From Hydrolagus colliei (Eukaryota): a stretch of DNA of 64,000 nucleotides. The translations under genes were made by a program, and so were the position numbers. The notes under the pieces are model-generated. The model made no database searches. It saw nothing but the letters and a program-made list of their open reading frames with translations, and was not told the origin of the DNA. The stretch covers positions 806,001 through 870,000 of the forward strand of contig JAYJKW010000106.1 in NCBI GenBank assembly GCA_035084275.1, read 5' to 3'. Positions 12,720-26,139 of this stretch are shown in pieces (within the stretch, counting starts at the first letter, position 1; every line of letters begins with the position of its first letter).

Positions 12720-13150
12720 ACTACCATCTGAGTATCAAAAAACAGGGGAAGGACTGAGCCCTAATTTGAAGACTGTGTTCATTTGTTATCATTTCTCCAA
12801 CCAGGGAAAATATTCTGTCACTGCCTACTCTGTCTTGCCCCTTAATTTTCTTATAGGCGACGATAAGATCCCCTATAATACTTCGATATTCTCGAGAACA
12901 TAGGCCTAGATGGCTCATCTTATCGTCATAGCTGAACCCCCTTTACCCATGAACCAAACTTGTTGGGCACCCACTTTAAGTGGAGTAATTCCTTTCATAA
13001 ATAATGAAGCCAAACCTGCACACAATATTCTAGGTGCGTTCTCAGGAAAGGCCTCTTCAGTTGCAGCAAGACTTCCCAACTCTTATATTCTAACGCTTTT
13101 GTAATAAACGCCAACATGCCTTTTGCACAAAATACAAAGATCTGTATTAT
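12720..13150 (-). mobile_element. CR1 LINE RT fragment, degenerate
   Basis: Minus-strand translation GDLIVAYKKIKGQDRV..RIFSLVGE matches CR1 GDLIEVYKIMRGFDRA..KLFPLVGE. Mirror copy at ~16190-16590 (+). Confidence 0.8.
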
Positions 13151-14304
13151 TCTGTGCACAGCAAAACTAAGATTTTCCTCTGCACCTAATTATTTCCCTT
13201 TCCCTTTCCTTCCACATATTTAATGGGGTTTGATACAAGATGGATAGCCAGCAGAACGATTATCCATTAGCCTCGCTTCCTCCCTTGCCTCCTCTAAGGC
13301 CACGAGGGAATGGTTTATTTGAAGGTGGAGTTGGGTTCAGGGAGTTCAGATGTTACCATTATCATTTGCTTGGCCGAAGACATGGCAATGATAAGTGAGG
13401 TGAGCTCTGCAGGAAGCAATATATAAATCGATGTTGTTGTTGTTGTTGTCAATGTCGGCAATGTAATCAACGTACGTGCAAAACAGCGGTGTCATCCCAA
13501 TGTGATGACTGTTCAAATACACGCCAACAAACCAAGAGAGAGAGAGAGAGAGACACAGAGAGAGACACACACACAGACACACATACCTCTGTTTACCAGC
13601 AGTCAGGAGGAAACCGCTTGTTGTTCGGTTAGCGGAACACTAGCCCCCAGCCCCCGCCCCCCCTCACCCCACCCCGCTCCTCCTTGGGTAATAATACCTA
13701 CAAAATAATAATATTTTTGTTCACTCAATCCACGACTGTTGGTTGAATGTCTCTGTGTGCGATTCATTGGCTGCCACTTTTCGCCCACAAAACACACAGT
13801 CACTACACTTTACAGTGTGTCCTGTGAAGCGCTTTGAGACGTCTGTCAAACTTGCAAAATGACAGGATGATGAAAAGGCAAAATTATTATTTTATTGTTC
13901 ATCATTAATACTATTATTGTTGAGTACAATAGTTTACAGTGAAGAGTTATTAATACAATGATTATTATTGATATGTATTAATTTATTAATCAGGAAGTAT
14001 TGGTGATAATTATTATCACTCATCAATCACCGACTTAATGGGTAGAATGATGTGAAGTTTTTGCTCTGGAGCCGGTGTCTAGGTGAGAGTCGCTTTCTGT
14101 GTCTGTCTGTGTCTGCTTGTCTCTCTCACACAGTATTTATACTCTCTCTCCCTCTGTCTCTCTCTCTCTCTCTCTGTCTCTGATGAAACTCTCTCTGCTG
14201 ATGTGTCCTGCTTCCCATTTGTCACTTTCAGAATATCTTGGGTTATGTTATTAGCTCTGGCCCTCCCCTTCTCTCCCTTCCTCCCTCCACCACTGCTATA
14301 CTAT

Positions 14305-14460
14305 GTGTAGAGACACAGTAAAGCTCCCTCTACACTGTGCGCCCATCCACACACCAGGTTAGCGTGAGTGACACAGTAAAGCTCCCTCTATACTGTGCCT
14401 CCGCCGACACTCCTAGGTCAGAGTTACAGACGCAGTAAAGCTCTATCTATGCTGTGCTGT
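14305..14460 (+). repeat. ~59-bp minisatellite, 3 copies, in the palindrome spacer
   Basis: acacagtaaagctccctctacactgtgc repeated at about 14313, 14371 and 14430. Confidence 0.8.
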
Positions 14461-15179
14461 CAGCTGTGGGTGTTAAAGCTGTAATGTGTTGTGTGGTCCA
14501 AGGTGGATCAACAGCAGAAACAGGAGAAAACGTTTCAAGCACTTGGTCCCAACATTGTCAATATTGACAATCTGTGCCTTACAGTCTCTGGGATACGGTA
14601 ACATGGGTATATCCCCCAGAGAGGGGGTGAGAGATGGGAGGGAGTACAATAAAAATAATAATCCGTCCATTTGATGAAGCGCTTTTGACGTCTGATCGAC
14701 ATCTTACAGCGCGTCATAAAATAAACCGTAAAGTGAATTGAAGATGTATTTGTGGGGGAAGCGTGGCAGCCAATTGCGCACAGTCATGTCCGGACAAGCA
14801 ATCGTGGATTAAAATGACCAATTATGTATTAGTGTGGGATATTTGTATTTGATAGCCTCTTCCTCTTTACATATTTGTAAAAGCTCTTGCAGTCTGTCTT
14901 TATATTCCTCGCTAGTTTGCCCTCATATTCAATTTTCTCCCTCTTAATCAATGTTAGCCTCTACTTTGTTGATCCCTAAAGCTCTTCCAATTCTCTGGTT
15001 TACTGCTTATCTTTGCTGTTTTATAGTTTTCACATTTGACTTTACACGTTCCCTAACTGCTCTAGTTAGCCACATTTGGACGAACTATACTGTGGCATTC
15101 TTATTCCTCAATGGAAAACGGAGGTAATATAAAGCTTGGCAGCAGGATAACCGTCGGAGTGGAATTAAGGAGGGCCTCG

Positions 15180-15460
15180 ATAACTCGATTTACAAGCGTG
15201 CCTGTGTGTGTATCCAGGCAGGTCAGGGCGAAAATTTGGCCAAGTTTACTTACACCACATGCCTAATAATAATCCCTCCAATACAAATAAGGCTAATTGG
15301 TCATTTGCATCCACGTTTGTTTGTGGGACACTGCTATGTGCAACTGGCAGCCGCACTTCGTGCAAAAATGTAGTCAATTCACTTTACAGTATATTCTGTG
15401 AAGCGCCTTGTGAGATCGATAATATACGAAAAGCGGTATATCAAAAGCAAAGACTTTAAT
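15180..15460 (+). mobile_element. SINE, same family as 12055-12378
   Basis: Core tgtttgtgggacactgctatgtgcaactggcagccgc and tail aagcggtatatcaaaagcaa. Confidence 0.75.
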
Positions 15461-18400
15461 GTGTTCAAAAGAAAAATATGTTCTTTGTTCTGTCGCTCAA
15501 TCTTCCTTCGGTAACGTAGAAGAGAAACGTGGACATGAGCAACTTAACCAGAGCTAGACACAGGAGAAGCTTGGTGGCGATTTGGTGGCGCTTGCCTGCT
15601 CTATGCAAACCGCCTTGAAATTTGCCTATAAACCGTATGGCCTCTACACGGCAAATACAATCCTGTGACATCTTTCCCACTGAACTCCTGGCAATGGGTG
15701 GGAAGTGGGGAGTAACTAGATCAGATCCGAAAGTTATACGGCAGAAGGTCAGCAAGTGATTGGAAATCTGGAAAACATCTTAGAGGAGTTGGTTTGTTGG
15801 CGTGTATTTGAACAGTTATCACGTTGGGATGACACCGCTGTTTTCCACGTACGTTGATTACATTGCCGACTTTGACAACAACAACAACTTCGAGTTATAT
15901 ATTGGCTCCTGCATAGCTCACATCACTGATCACTGCTCTCCTCATTGACCATGTCTTCGGCCAAGCAAATGATAATGGTAACATCTGAACTCCCTGAACC
16001 CAACTCCACCTTCAAATAAACCATTCTCTCATGGCCTTAGAGGAGGCAAGGGAGGAAGCGAGGCTAATGGATAATCGTTCTGCTGGCTATCCATCTTGGA
16101 TCAAACCCCATTAAATATGTGGAAGGAAAGGGAAAGGGAAATAATTAGGTGAATACAGAAGAATACAGATCTTTGTATTTTGTGCAAAAGGCATGTTGGC
16201 GTTTATTACAAAAGCGTTAGAATATAAGTGTTGGGAAGTCTTGCTGCAACTGAAGAGGCCTTTCCTGAGAACGCACCTAGAATATTGTGTGCAGGTTTGG
16301 CTTCCTTATTTATGAAAGGAATTACTCCCCTTAAAGTGGATGCACAACAAGTTTGGTTCATGGGAAAAGGGGGTTCAGCTGTGACGATAAGATGAGCCAT
16401 CTAGGCCTATGTTCTCGAGAATATCGAAGTATTATAGGGGAACTTATAGTCGCCTATAAGAAAATTAAGGGCTAGGACAGAGTAGGCAGTGGCAGAATAT
16501 TTTTCCTGGTTGGAGAAATGATAACAAATGGGCACAGTCTTCAAATTAGGGGACAGTCCTTCCGCTGTTGTTTGATACTCAGACGGTAGTTCATTTATTT
16601 AATTCTCTATTAATAATATTATTCATAATGATGATGCTTGGAATCGATCAAGTCATAATTCCACATGTAACTCAAGGCTTCAATCTATGAGCTCTATACA
16701 AGTAAAGTTTTATTGTTGTTATACGTTGGTACATCACCAAGTAATTTACACTTTGAATTAAGTAATTAATTAATTCCCCTAGGGAATCATCCCATATGTT
16801 TGTTCCTGGGATAAAGGAGCTCGGCTGTGAAGACAGGTTCGTCTATGAAAACTAGGCCTGCATTCTCTTGAATATGGCAAAATGAGAAACTATAACCAAG
16901 GGTCAAAGCCTTAATATTTGGGGTCAGCACTTTATAATCCTTGCGTTTGATATAGCGCTTTCCATATCTTATCAACGTTCCAAAGCGCTTCACAGAATAT
17001 ACTGCAAGGTGAATTTATTTTATATATTTGTGGGCGAATCGTGCCAGCGAATTGCGCACACAAAGTCGTCGATTGAAATGACCAATTTTATTATTGTGGT
17101 TTTTTTAGTGAGGGATTATCATTATGCGTGTGTGTGGAGTAAGGAAACGTGCCCAAGGTTTCGCCCTGACCTGCCTGGATTCGAACACAGGTCTCCCCAG
17201 CTTGGTCTCCCCAGTTTGCATGACAAGTGTTCTAACCACTGAGCTACAGGAGCTCGCACTGAGTTGACAATACAATTATTCACTCAGATATAGTTTAATT
17301 TATGGAATTGTCTTCCCCAAAAACTATAGATGCTCAGTGCTTCAACCCATTAAAGCCTGGGATTGATAGATTTGTTATCGATCAAGAGATTAAAAGATAT
17401 GGGAATAAGGCGGGACATGTGGAGATATATGCTTCCTCTGCTCCTGATTCTTATGTTCTTGTATGTTTACCCAGTATCTCCATGCGTTCCTGCAGCACAG
17501 GACAGCCTAGACTGTGAAGCGCTCGGAGACATGTAGAAGTTATCAAATGCAATAAAATATGCGTGGATTCTTATCATTAATCCCCGCCTTCCGTCTCACC
17601 TCATCTCTCCTCAGTTCAACTTTGAGACAGTAACTGGCCATCGCATTGGGACGTCCTCCAGAAGTGAAAGGCGTTATACAAGTGTAATTTTATTATTATT
17701 GTGGTTGCTCATCTCATGCCTTCGAAAAGTATCAGTAGTGATTGACAGGATACACTGAAAAGTGAACTCACTCCATATTGTGTGGACGACATGCAGTTAG
17801 AAAGTTGTTGTCATGATGGTTTATTGAATATCACTAACTCCACATGTAGCTCAAGTGTTCAATGTATATGCTTTATACGTTTCTGCATCATCAACTAAAT
17901 TAATACTGTCAATCAAGTATTTAATTAATTTCGCAGTGTGTTGGTTACGAACCATTTTTGACGACTGAGTTCAAATGATCGCTTTATGTGGGGTGGGATG
18001 TGTGAAGAAGAGTGTGACGAGAGGTAACTTGTTTATTCTTGGAATGGGGAAAATGACAATATTATTGATAATAATGCTTAGGATCGATCACGTCATAATT
18101 CGACATGTAACTCAAGGCTTCGATCTATGAACTCTATGCGAGTGTAATTTTGTTGTTGTGATATGTTTGTACATCACTAAGCAAATTAAACTGTGAACTC
18201 AGTAATTAATTAGTTCCCCAGTGAGTTGTAAAATCAGAATTATGTTACAAACTATAAGGAAAGAGTTAATGTTATAGATCGACATGGAGAGGGTTGTGTG
18301 AGGAACAGTGACCTGAAATGCACTATGGCTTATCCTTGGAGAGGGTAAATTGTTAACAACATGAATAATAGTAATACATAGAATCGATATAGAGCCGTAC

Positions 18401-18509
18401 CACTTCATCAAAATGTCTCAAAGCGCATCAAAGAATATATTGTAACACGAATGGACGATGGAATGTGTGGGTGAAACGCGGCAGGAAATTGTGCACACAT
18501 TCACTAACT

Positions 18510-18810
18510 CAAACCTTTATTCCCGTCTTATTTTCCGCACTCCCACCATCATTTGTGGGCTCTACTGCCACGAAAATGTGGCTGACGGTTAGACAGTTGG
18601 CCAGCAAAATCAGAATGAATGGGAGCCGCCGGAGTGTCATTATATCGAACAGGTTAAATGATTCCTATGCGTAAGAAATGAGGTGACTTGTGTTATATCA
18701 ACACCTTATTGTATTTTGTACAAACCCCCCCCCAAAACAGCGAATGTATTACACGCACAAAATCATATTCAAACCAGAGCAAGCGTTCTTTGTAAAATAT
18801 ATTTATTGTC
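18510..18810 (-). pseudogene. decayed GPR139-like GPCR remnant (mirror copy)
   Basis: Minus strand reads SYA*ESFNLFDIMTLRRLPFILILLANCLTVSHIFVA, a clear TM5 homolog with an in-frame stop. Confidence 0.78.
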
Positions 18811-19817
18811 AAATCAAAGCCTCCAATTCAATGAGCAAACTACATCCGGTCTCCCACTGCCAGATTCTGTGTCTACTTTCGGTGTTAGTCTAATTAGCTC
18901 ATTCTGAACGAATGTTTACGTCTTAATAATAATCTTTGCGTTTGATAGAGCACTTTGGGAATCTTCGAAACTGTGTCACAAACCGCTTCAAACAATATAC
19001 CGTGAAGTGAATTGAAGGTGGGCAATACAGGACATCCAATTGCGCACAGCAGTGCCCAACAAACCGTCGTTGATTGAAACGAACAATTTCTTATTGGGTT
19101 TTTTTAGGGATTAGGATTCGACGTATGCAGTAAGGAAACTTTCAAAAGGTTTCGCGCTAACCTGCCTGGATTCGGACACACGTCTCAAGCTTTTATGGCG
19201 AGTGCCAGAACTGAGATACTGGACTCTGTAAAGAGATATATTACAGCAATCAGTCCCTCTCTCTCTGTCTTTCTCTCACACACATACATGGAGAAAAAGG
19301 ATTACGCGCTCACATACATGTGGTGCTAACACTCTCTCTGTCTCTCCAGCTATTTTGCTTTCACAGACACATGCAGTGGCATAGAGTCAAGCACTAACAG
19401 AGACATATGCACTGACAAACACAACCAGGTGTAGTGTCTTATAGCTCAGTGGTTAGAGCACGCTCCTTACAAGCGAGACATCTGGGTTCAATTCTGGGCA
19501 GGGTTCAACTTTGGGCAAGTTTCCTGACACCACACGATTCATGATAATCGCTCGAGAAAAACAATTATAAATAGGTATTTTGAATCCATACCTGTTTGTG
19601 AGTCACTACGGTACGCAACACTGCTGTGCTTTGCACACAACTACACAGTCAATACATTACACAGAATATTCTGTGATGCAGTTTTATTCATGATTATTGA
19701 TTTTATTCACTTGATGATCTCCAGAAGACAACATTAAGTGCTACTTGATGAAGGGACGGGCAGGCTGCTAGGGACCCCATCACTGTGTCTATCGCGTCAC
19801 AAAGACACAAACATTTG

Positions 19818-22613
19818 TCAATCAAATAATCTCACAATTAGAGCGACAGGAAATGCCAGCCCTTTCTTAGTCTCCTCTCTGAATTTAGTCTGAGTCACAG
19901 CGTAAATAAATGTGTTTGTACAGCAGCTCAAGAACTGCAACATGAAGCCAGTTCGCCAGATAATATATTTAGGATCATTAGACCCCGAGAACCAAAGGTC
20001 GTTTGTAATCTTCCAGTATAGGAAATTTAGAGTAAATGTCATCCATAATAATATAAAATTGGCAGAAACAGCAAACAGTAAAACGATGGATTTCCTCCTG
20101 TTTTTCATCTCTGGATCACTGTCTCTCTCACCTCTAGTTCTGTCCCCATCACTGTGTCCCCGCAATCTCCTGCGGGCTCGACTGACCACCAGTATGTGTC
20201 TGACAGTCAGGGCGTTGAGCAGCAAAATCAGAACATACGGGAGAAAAGGGGTTACAGTGACGCTGAGCCAGTCAAACACTGTCCATGGGAGTGAAATGTA
20301 ATAGTTTGGTATATGAATGCATCCCCAGGGTGTCTTGTCAATTGTGATTTCGGATTCAAATGCAAAATACCAGGGAATGTTTTTCAAAGTGAAGACAACA
20401 CTCAGCCCCGCTATCACTGCAGATGCTGTTTTTTCGGTGCAATATTTATCTTTGAGTTTTTGGCAACAGATGGCGACATATCGATCAAAGGTGAAAGCGA
20501 TAGTGAGCCAGACAGAGCATTCCCTTGTTGAAAATTCCAGTATACTTAGCACCCGGCACACGGGAGTGATGAGCACGAACGGATTCCTGAAGTACACAGG
20601 AACAATGTACGAAAAAATCACCGTGACAATAACCACCGTCAGATCAGCCACTGACATGGCCAACAGATACATGGAGATGCACTTGGAGAGACCGCACCTC
20701 CCTCGAGCCAGTACAACAATCGCCAATAGGTTGACTACAGAGACAAAGAGAAAGAAAAGATCAGACATAAATATTCATTGGTAAAGATTACAATTTGCTG
20801 AACGTGTCTCGATGTCCACCACCCGGCTGCCCACCGAAAAGTGCCAACGAAAGTGGGTAGTGGGACGGTGGGAGTGGGGGGGAGAGGGGAGAAAGTGATA
20901 GATATACTGAGCGTCAGTGAGAGAGCGGGGAAGAGAGAGAGAGAGAGAGAGAGTGGTCGTTGGAGAGAGAGTTGGGTAGAGAAACAGACAAAGAGAATGA
21001 GCGAGTTGGATACACTAAAGTGGGATAGATAAACATACACAAGCATACACACCGGGACATGCGGAAGAATCGCCACAGGAGGCGAAAGACACAAGAACAC
21101 AGATAATGAAAGTCACAGACAGAGACTGTCGCTCATGTTCAGAGAGAAACACACATAACAGTAGATGCAAAGACACACCGACAGACAGAAAGGGAGATGT
21201 GCTGGCAGATTCAGAAAATGAGTCGTTCAGTTCAAAAGTAGGCATACTAATACAGATACTCACAAACTGAGATACACCGAGATACATAAACGTCATTGAG
21301 AAACGGAAAATAATTAAATAAATAAATAATTAAATAATCTAGCGTTTGATACAGCAAATTGTCTATTTTTCAAGACATCTCAAAATGCAGCAAGTATCTC
21401 GCCGTGTCCTGCACAAACTTTCTGAGATAACACCGGTCACCCACCTCACTGTGTGCTTACGTACAATGCTGTGTTTGCACAGAGGATCAATCAATCGTTC
21501 CTCTACCAATTGCCGCATTCAATGAATTATTTAGTTTGAACAAAATAAGTCATCAGAGGCAATCGAATACATACATTTGACTCAACTGACCCCACTGCTG
21601 CATTTAAATACAATGCAGTGTTTGCATTAAACCTGTCTCATCCTTTGAGAGATTTGGACGACCACAGTTGGCGTTGTATCAAAAGCACGAATCGTTGCAA
21701 TTGAGTCAATGATCTTCAACCAATATCGGTCTGTCTGTACAACGTGCCAATGTAAAATGCCTTTGCAAACAGTACCTTTGGTTAGAGGAGTCAATTGGAT
21801 ATATTCGATTGTATCTGATAATATTTATTTGTTGAAATTAAAGAATTATTTGAATGCGGCAAATGGGAGAGGGTAGATTGATACTGTTTGCTACCCAGCA
21901 TCGTATGGAAATACACAAACGCTCCCCTGTTTCAAAGGTGATTGTTTATTTGTTGATGCAGTTTCAATTGCGAATATGGAACCAAAGCTCACAACTCCCT
22001 GATTCAGCCGGTAAACTGCGACCAATAGAGATTAGTCTGGAAACCTGCATTTGATATAACATCGTATAATATCTTTATGTCTCCTCGAATCGCTTCACGG
22101 AATATACTGTAAAGCGAATCGACTTCATTAGGTGTGGAAATTCGGGAGTCAGATGTTCACAACAGCCAACGACCACTATAAGGTAACTAAATGGCTAAAT
22201 GTTTTTTATATTGCATCGTTTAAAAATTTGCATAATCAAAATTCCATCGGCTTCACATGATCTATTTTCTCCTTTGAATGACTCCCTGCAATCTCTAATA
22301 CCTAAGCAGGCAAACTGGAGATTTGTTACTAAGGTTTTATTCTTGCTACCGCACGTAGTTAAGAACTCACGTCCTCACAATTTGTTTGATCATCAGTGGT
22401 CATTATCCTGAAATAGGAAACAGGGAATTTCACGGATTACACAAAGCACAATTTGCCAATTGAAAGGTGAGATTGCTAAACTGAGTCAGGCTACAAACTT
22501 TACTGTAGACTAACCTAAATACTGAATTCGATAAATCACTTGCCAGGAATTCCAACAGCAACGAGAATCGGGAAGTAAATGTCTTCAATTCTCCACATTA
22601 TCGGATAGGCCAT
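19818..22613 (-). CDS. GPR139/GPR142-like class A GPCR, gene 2 (2 exons, 328 aa)
   Basis: Exon 1 22613-22544 (MAYPIMWRIEDIYFPILVAVGIP+G) with donor GCAAGT. Exon 2 20734-19818 follows ctgtAG. 44 of 305 exon-2 residues differ from gene 1 (manual count). Confidence 0.92.
21464..21903. mobile_element. TA-flanked MITE (Tc1/mariner-type ends), ~440 bp
   Basis: TA|caatgctgtgtttgcacagaggatcaatc ... gattgatactgtttgctacccagcatcg|TA; imperfect TIRs of about 85 bp. Confidence 0.6.
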
Positions 22614-25600
22614 TTTCACGGAGACAAAATGAATCCTCTTCTACAAAAGGCAGCTCACGCCACAAACAGTGGTTCTCAAGAGCATAAAACGGGGTCTTAC
22701 TTAAAGGAAAGTGGGGAACTCTCATTTGAGCAATTTTGCAGCAAAATCCTGGGAGAGTGTGAGCCGTGTGCAAACAAAACATTATCTGCCCTGAGTTACG
22801 CAATTCACCCAATGATGTAATTTGGGGGCAGCTGGGTGTCCATCCCATGATGAAACCCAGGCCCACAACACCACACATGCCACCTGGTGTCAGTGCAATG
22901 TGTTGTTGTTAAAGTATCTGAACCATCAGAGAGATGCACATGTGAGTGTGTGTCCCCCACTTACACACAGTATTCCCCAGCCTGGAGTGTGTGTACATTG
23001 TCTACACAGGGGCCACTCAACAGCATTGAACCCATTACCTACAGCATTGGGCACAGCTTGGGAGGGACAAAGGCCTTTGTGACCACAGTGTGTACAGGGC
23101 GCTGAGGTCACTGCTGTAGTTTAACCCGTTAAAGGTGATAACGCTTTCCACAAAGGATAATGCTGCCATACAATTCCCACATACTGCCTTACATTGTCTA
23201 CACCTGGCTGTGAAATGCTTATCAGCCACAAAGGAGTAAAATATTCATGGGTTAAATATATTGCACGGTATACGCGTGTGTCTCTCACTTTTTGTGTATG
23301 TGTTTGTGTGTGTGTGTCTCCCTCTTTCTCCCTGACATCTGTGACTCTGTCGCTGTCTCTAATCCTTTCTCTCCCTCTCTCTATCCCTCTCTCTCATTTT
23401 TTGTATCTGTTGCTGTAGACACGGGTGTTTGCATCTGTCCCTCTGCATCTGTCCCTGTGTGTGCGTCTGTGTTTGTCTCTATTTGCCTTTTTAGGTGTAT
23501 GTGTGTCTCCCTCTCTGAACATTTCTCTCTCTAACTGTATCTAACCTTGTCTGTCTCTCCCTCTCTCTCACTGTGACTGTGTGTGTGTGTGTATGTGTTT
23601 CTGTGTGAAGCATTCCGTTTAGTAAGTAGCTGTTAAATTGAGTTTTCTGGCTATACATGCGGATCTAACAATATCCCAGCTCAGAACTCAAATAGTGCCG
23701 GGAGATACTGTAAATTTCTTGGCCACGTTTCTCACAGACGCAATTGCTCAGTCATGTTATGGATGAATCTCGCACTTTACTGTGCGCAAAACATCTCTTA
23801 TATTTCTAATCTAGAGTCGCAATTTCTAGTGATAAAACTAAAGCTGTGGAACATATTCCCTCGGAGACTGATGAAGCACTAAGTTTTAATCAAGAAAAAA
23901 AAAGGTTAGATTTGTTTTAGGAATTTTTGTAACACAATATATGTTGTTCGCGGTCATATATTGTTGCAAGAAGTAAGAAGGTGGAATGTGAACGAAATGA
24001 CTGTCGATCCAGAGTTTCGTTATATCTTTATGCTTCAACCAACAATTCACAACACAGAAATCGCTGTAGGATATATTCTGTGAGCATTGGTGTGGGCGTT
24101 TTGAAGAGATGATAAGGAACCATCAAAATTGTAATGATGTTTTATCAGTAGATCATTATTTCGAATAACACATTGAGAATGTTGGTAGAAATGGGAAGAT
24201 TCAAAGGCTTCGTACTCCAGTTGTGGCGCTGCAACTACTACTGAAATTTAAACATCTAATGGTGAATTGGTTACCACTCCACACAATCTCAATATGACTT
24301 TCAGTCATTTCACGCGTCTGGTTTTGATCTGCGGTACCATTTGCAAAATTGCAGTGTGGCTCATTAGGTGCACGCGAGACTCTTAGTAAAAACAAATTGT
24401 GATTTCATTGTTTTGCTGGGGACGTGATTCATTGCTGGGGGTGCGGCCTTTTAGATGAGAGTTTAAACTACGATTGTTCTTCAACAAAAACTTCCAACAA
24501 AAGAAACCTCTGTAGAGCGCCTTTGCGATTGGGAGGACATCTAATGTCGCTGAGCAGTCAGGTCCTGAACCGAACATGCGAGAGATGCAGGATAGTGGGG
24601 AGGGTCGGGGTAGAATTAAGATGCGTGAGACAGTTGTGATCGATATATCCGTGGACCTTTGTAACCTAAAGCATGTAGAACTTGTTTTCGCCAGCTTCTT
24701 GTATCACTCATGCAGAAACATGTCGTCATGTTTTCCACATTTCAAAGGCTACCAAGTGTGAAGGGTAACGTCCAAATTAAATTGCAAATATAACTGTTTT
24801 CGCTAAAATATTGAGAGAGAATGAGTTATCCACAAACATTGAAGAATGACAATCACCGGAATTGAAAGTGCATTCCCTCCTGGAGGCGCAAACCTTCGTT
24901 ACATAATTGTTACAAGTGTGACTGCCCTCTGCCTGCCTCTCCGGCTCACCCTTTCGCTCACTCACTGCCTGCCTGTTCATTCACTGCTCCCTGACTGCCT
25001 GCCAGACTCACTCATTCGCTGCTCGTCTCTCTCGCTGCCGGCCTAACTCACTACCAGGTCCCAGCACCGCCGTGATCCTATCCACCATTGGCTAACAACG
25101 TATATTAGCGATCAAAGCAACGTTAGACGGGGTTCGCCTATAATAAAAATAATAATGCTGCCCCCCCCCCCCCCCCCCCTCCCCCTCAACTGCCCAACCT
25201 ATGGTACACGCGCCACAATGGAGGCGAGCTCCAAGGTTCAGAAACCACTGCAGTTCTCTCTCTCACGGCAGGGTAGCGAGACCCGCATTCACACCAACCT
25301 TCCCCTACGTCTCTCCCCTTGCCGTCTTTGCCCCCTTTCTCCCTGGTCCCACTTCATCGACTGTTTGTGGACAACTGCTGCGCGCAAATTGGCTGCCGCG
25401 TTTCTCCCACAGATAAACAGTCAATGTTTCTACTCTTGTTCCCCCTATGACGACCACTCGCACATGCTGTGGTCTATATAGCTTTCTCCCCCCTTTCGAC
25501 GCTATTTTCAGCTCTCTATATCGACGTACCGTGGCACGCTACTGCACTCTGTGAAGCGCTTTGAGACGTCGATAATATGTGGAAAGCGCTATATAAATGT

Positions 25601-26060
25601 AAGGATTATTATTATCATTATTTATTACACATATCAAGTGCTGACCGAACTACGCCAACAGCCTGCTCACTAGGCTTCCTAACTCTTTCCATATCCTCAC
25701 CCTGAGGGATCTCAGGTTCCAAACTCAGCATAGCTCTATTTCCATTCCATGAATAAAAATGTTAGTTTTGTTTACAATTAAAAACCGATTTGAAGTGCGG
25801 TATTTGCAATGCGCTACAGAGTGTTCTGCTTGCAACACTGCCCAGGAACGAGAGTAAAATAATGCAACAGAACAGAAGCAGTTATTGTTCGTTTGTTGGG
25901 TTTCTGGTGTTCCTCTGAATAAAAGTGATTCGTCTCATTTAATGGACTGTACTGACCGCAGAGATATGCTGCCTGTAATGGTACATATGCATTTGTATTG
26001 CATCGGAAACCATCACAGTTATTAACCTAATGCCATTCAAAATGAAGACCTGCATGATGT

Positions 26061-26132
26061 GGGGATGTAGCTCAGATGTAGTGCGCGTGCTTTGCATGTA
26101 TGAGATCCCTGGTTCAATCCCTGCCGTCTCCA
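26061..26132 (+). tRNA. tRNA-Ala(TGC)-derived, probable pseudogene
   Basis: GGGGATGTAGCTCAGATGTAGTGCGCGTGCTTTGCATGTATGAGATCCCTGGTTCAATCCCTGCCGTCTCCA is colinear with vertebrate tRNA-Ala-TGC. The D-loop GG is lost, the T stem has two mismatches, and no T-run terminator follows. Confidence 0.8.
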
Positions 26133-26139
26133 CGTGTGT

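Larger units (their letters stand above)
5200..13535 (+). repeat. left arm of large inverted segmental duplication
   Basis: Reverse-complement homology to 15789-~24610 throughout. The inner end is exact at ...acgccaacaaaccaa (13535); the outer end is diffuse. Confidence 0.95.
15789..24610 (-). repeat. right arm of large inverted segmental duplication
   Basis: Begins ttggtttgttggcgtgtatttgaacag, the reverse complement of the left-arm inner end. Mirrors the CR1, SINEs, GPCR remnant, GPCR gene and upstream region. Confidence 0.95.
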
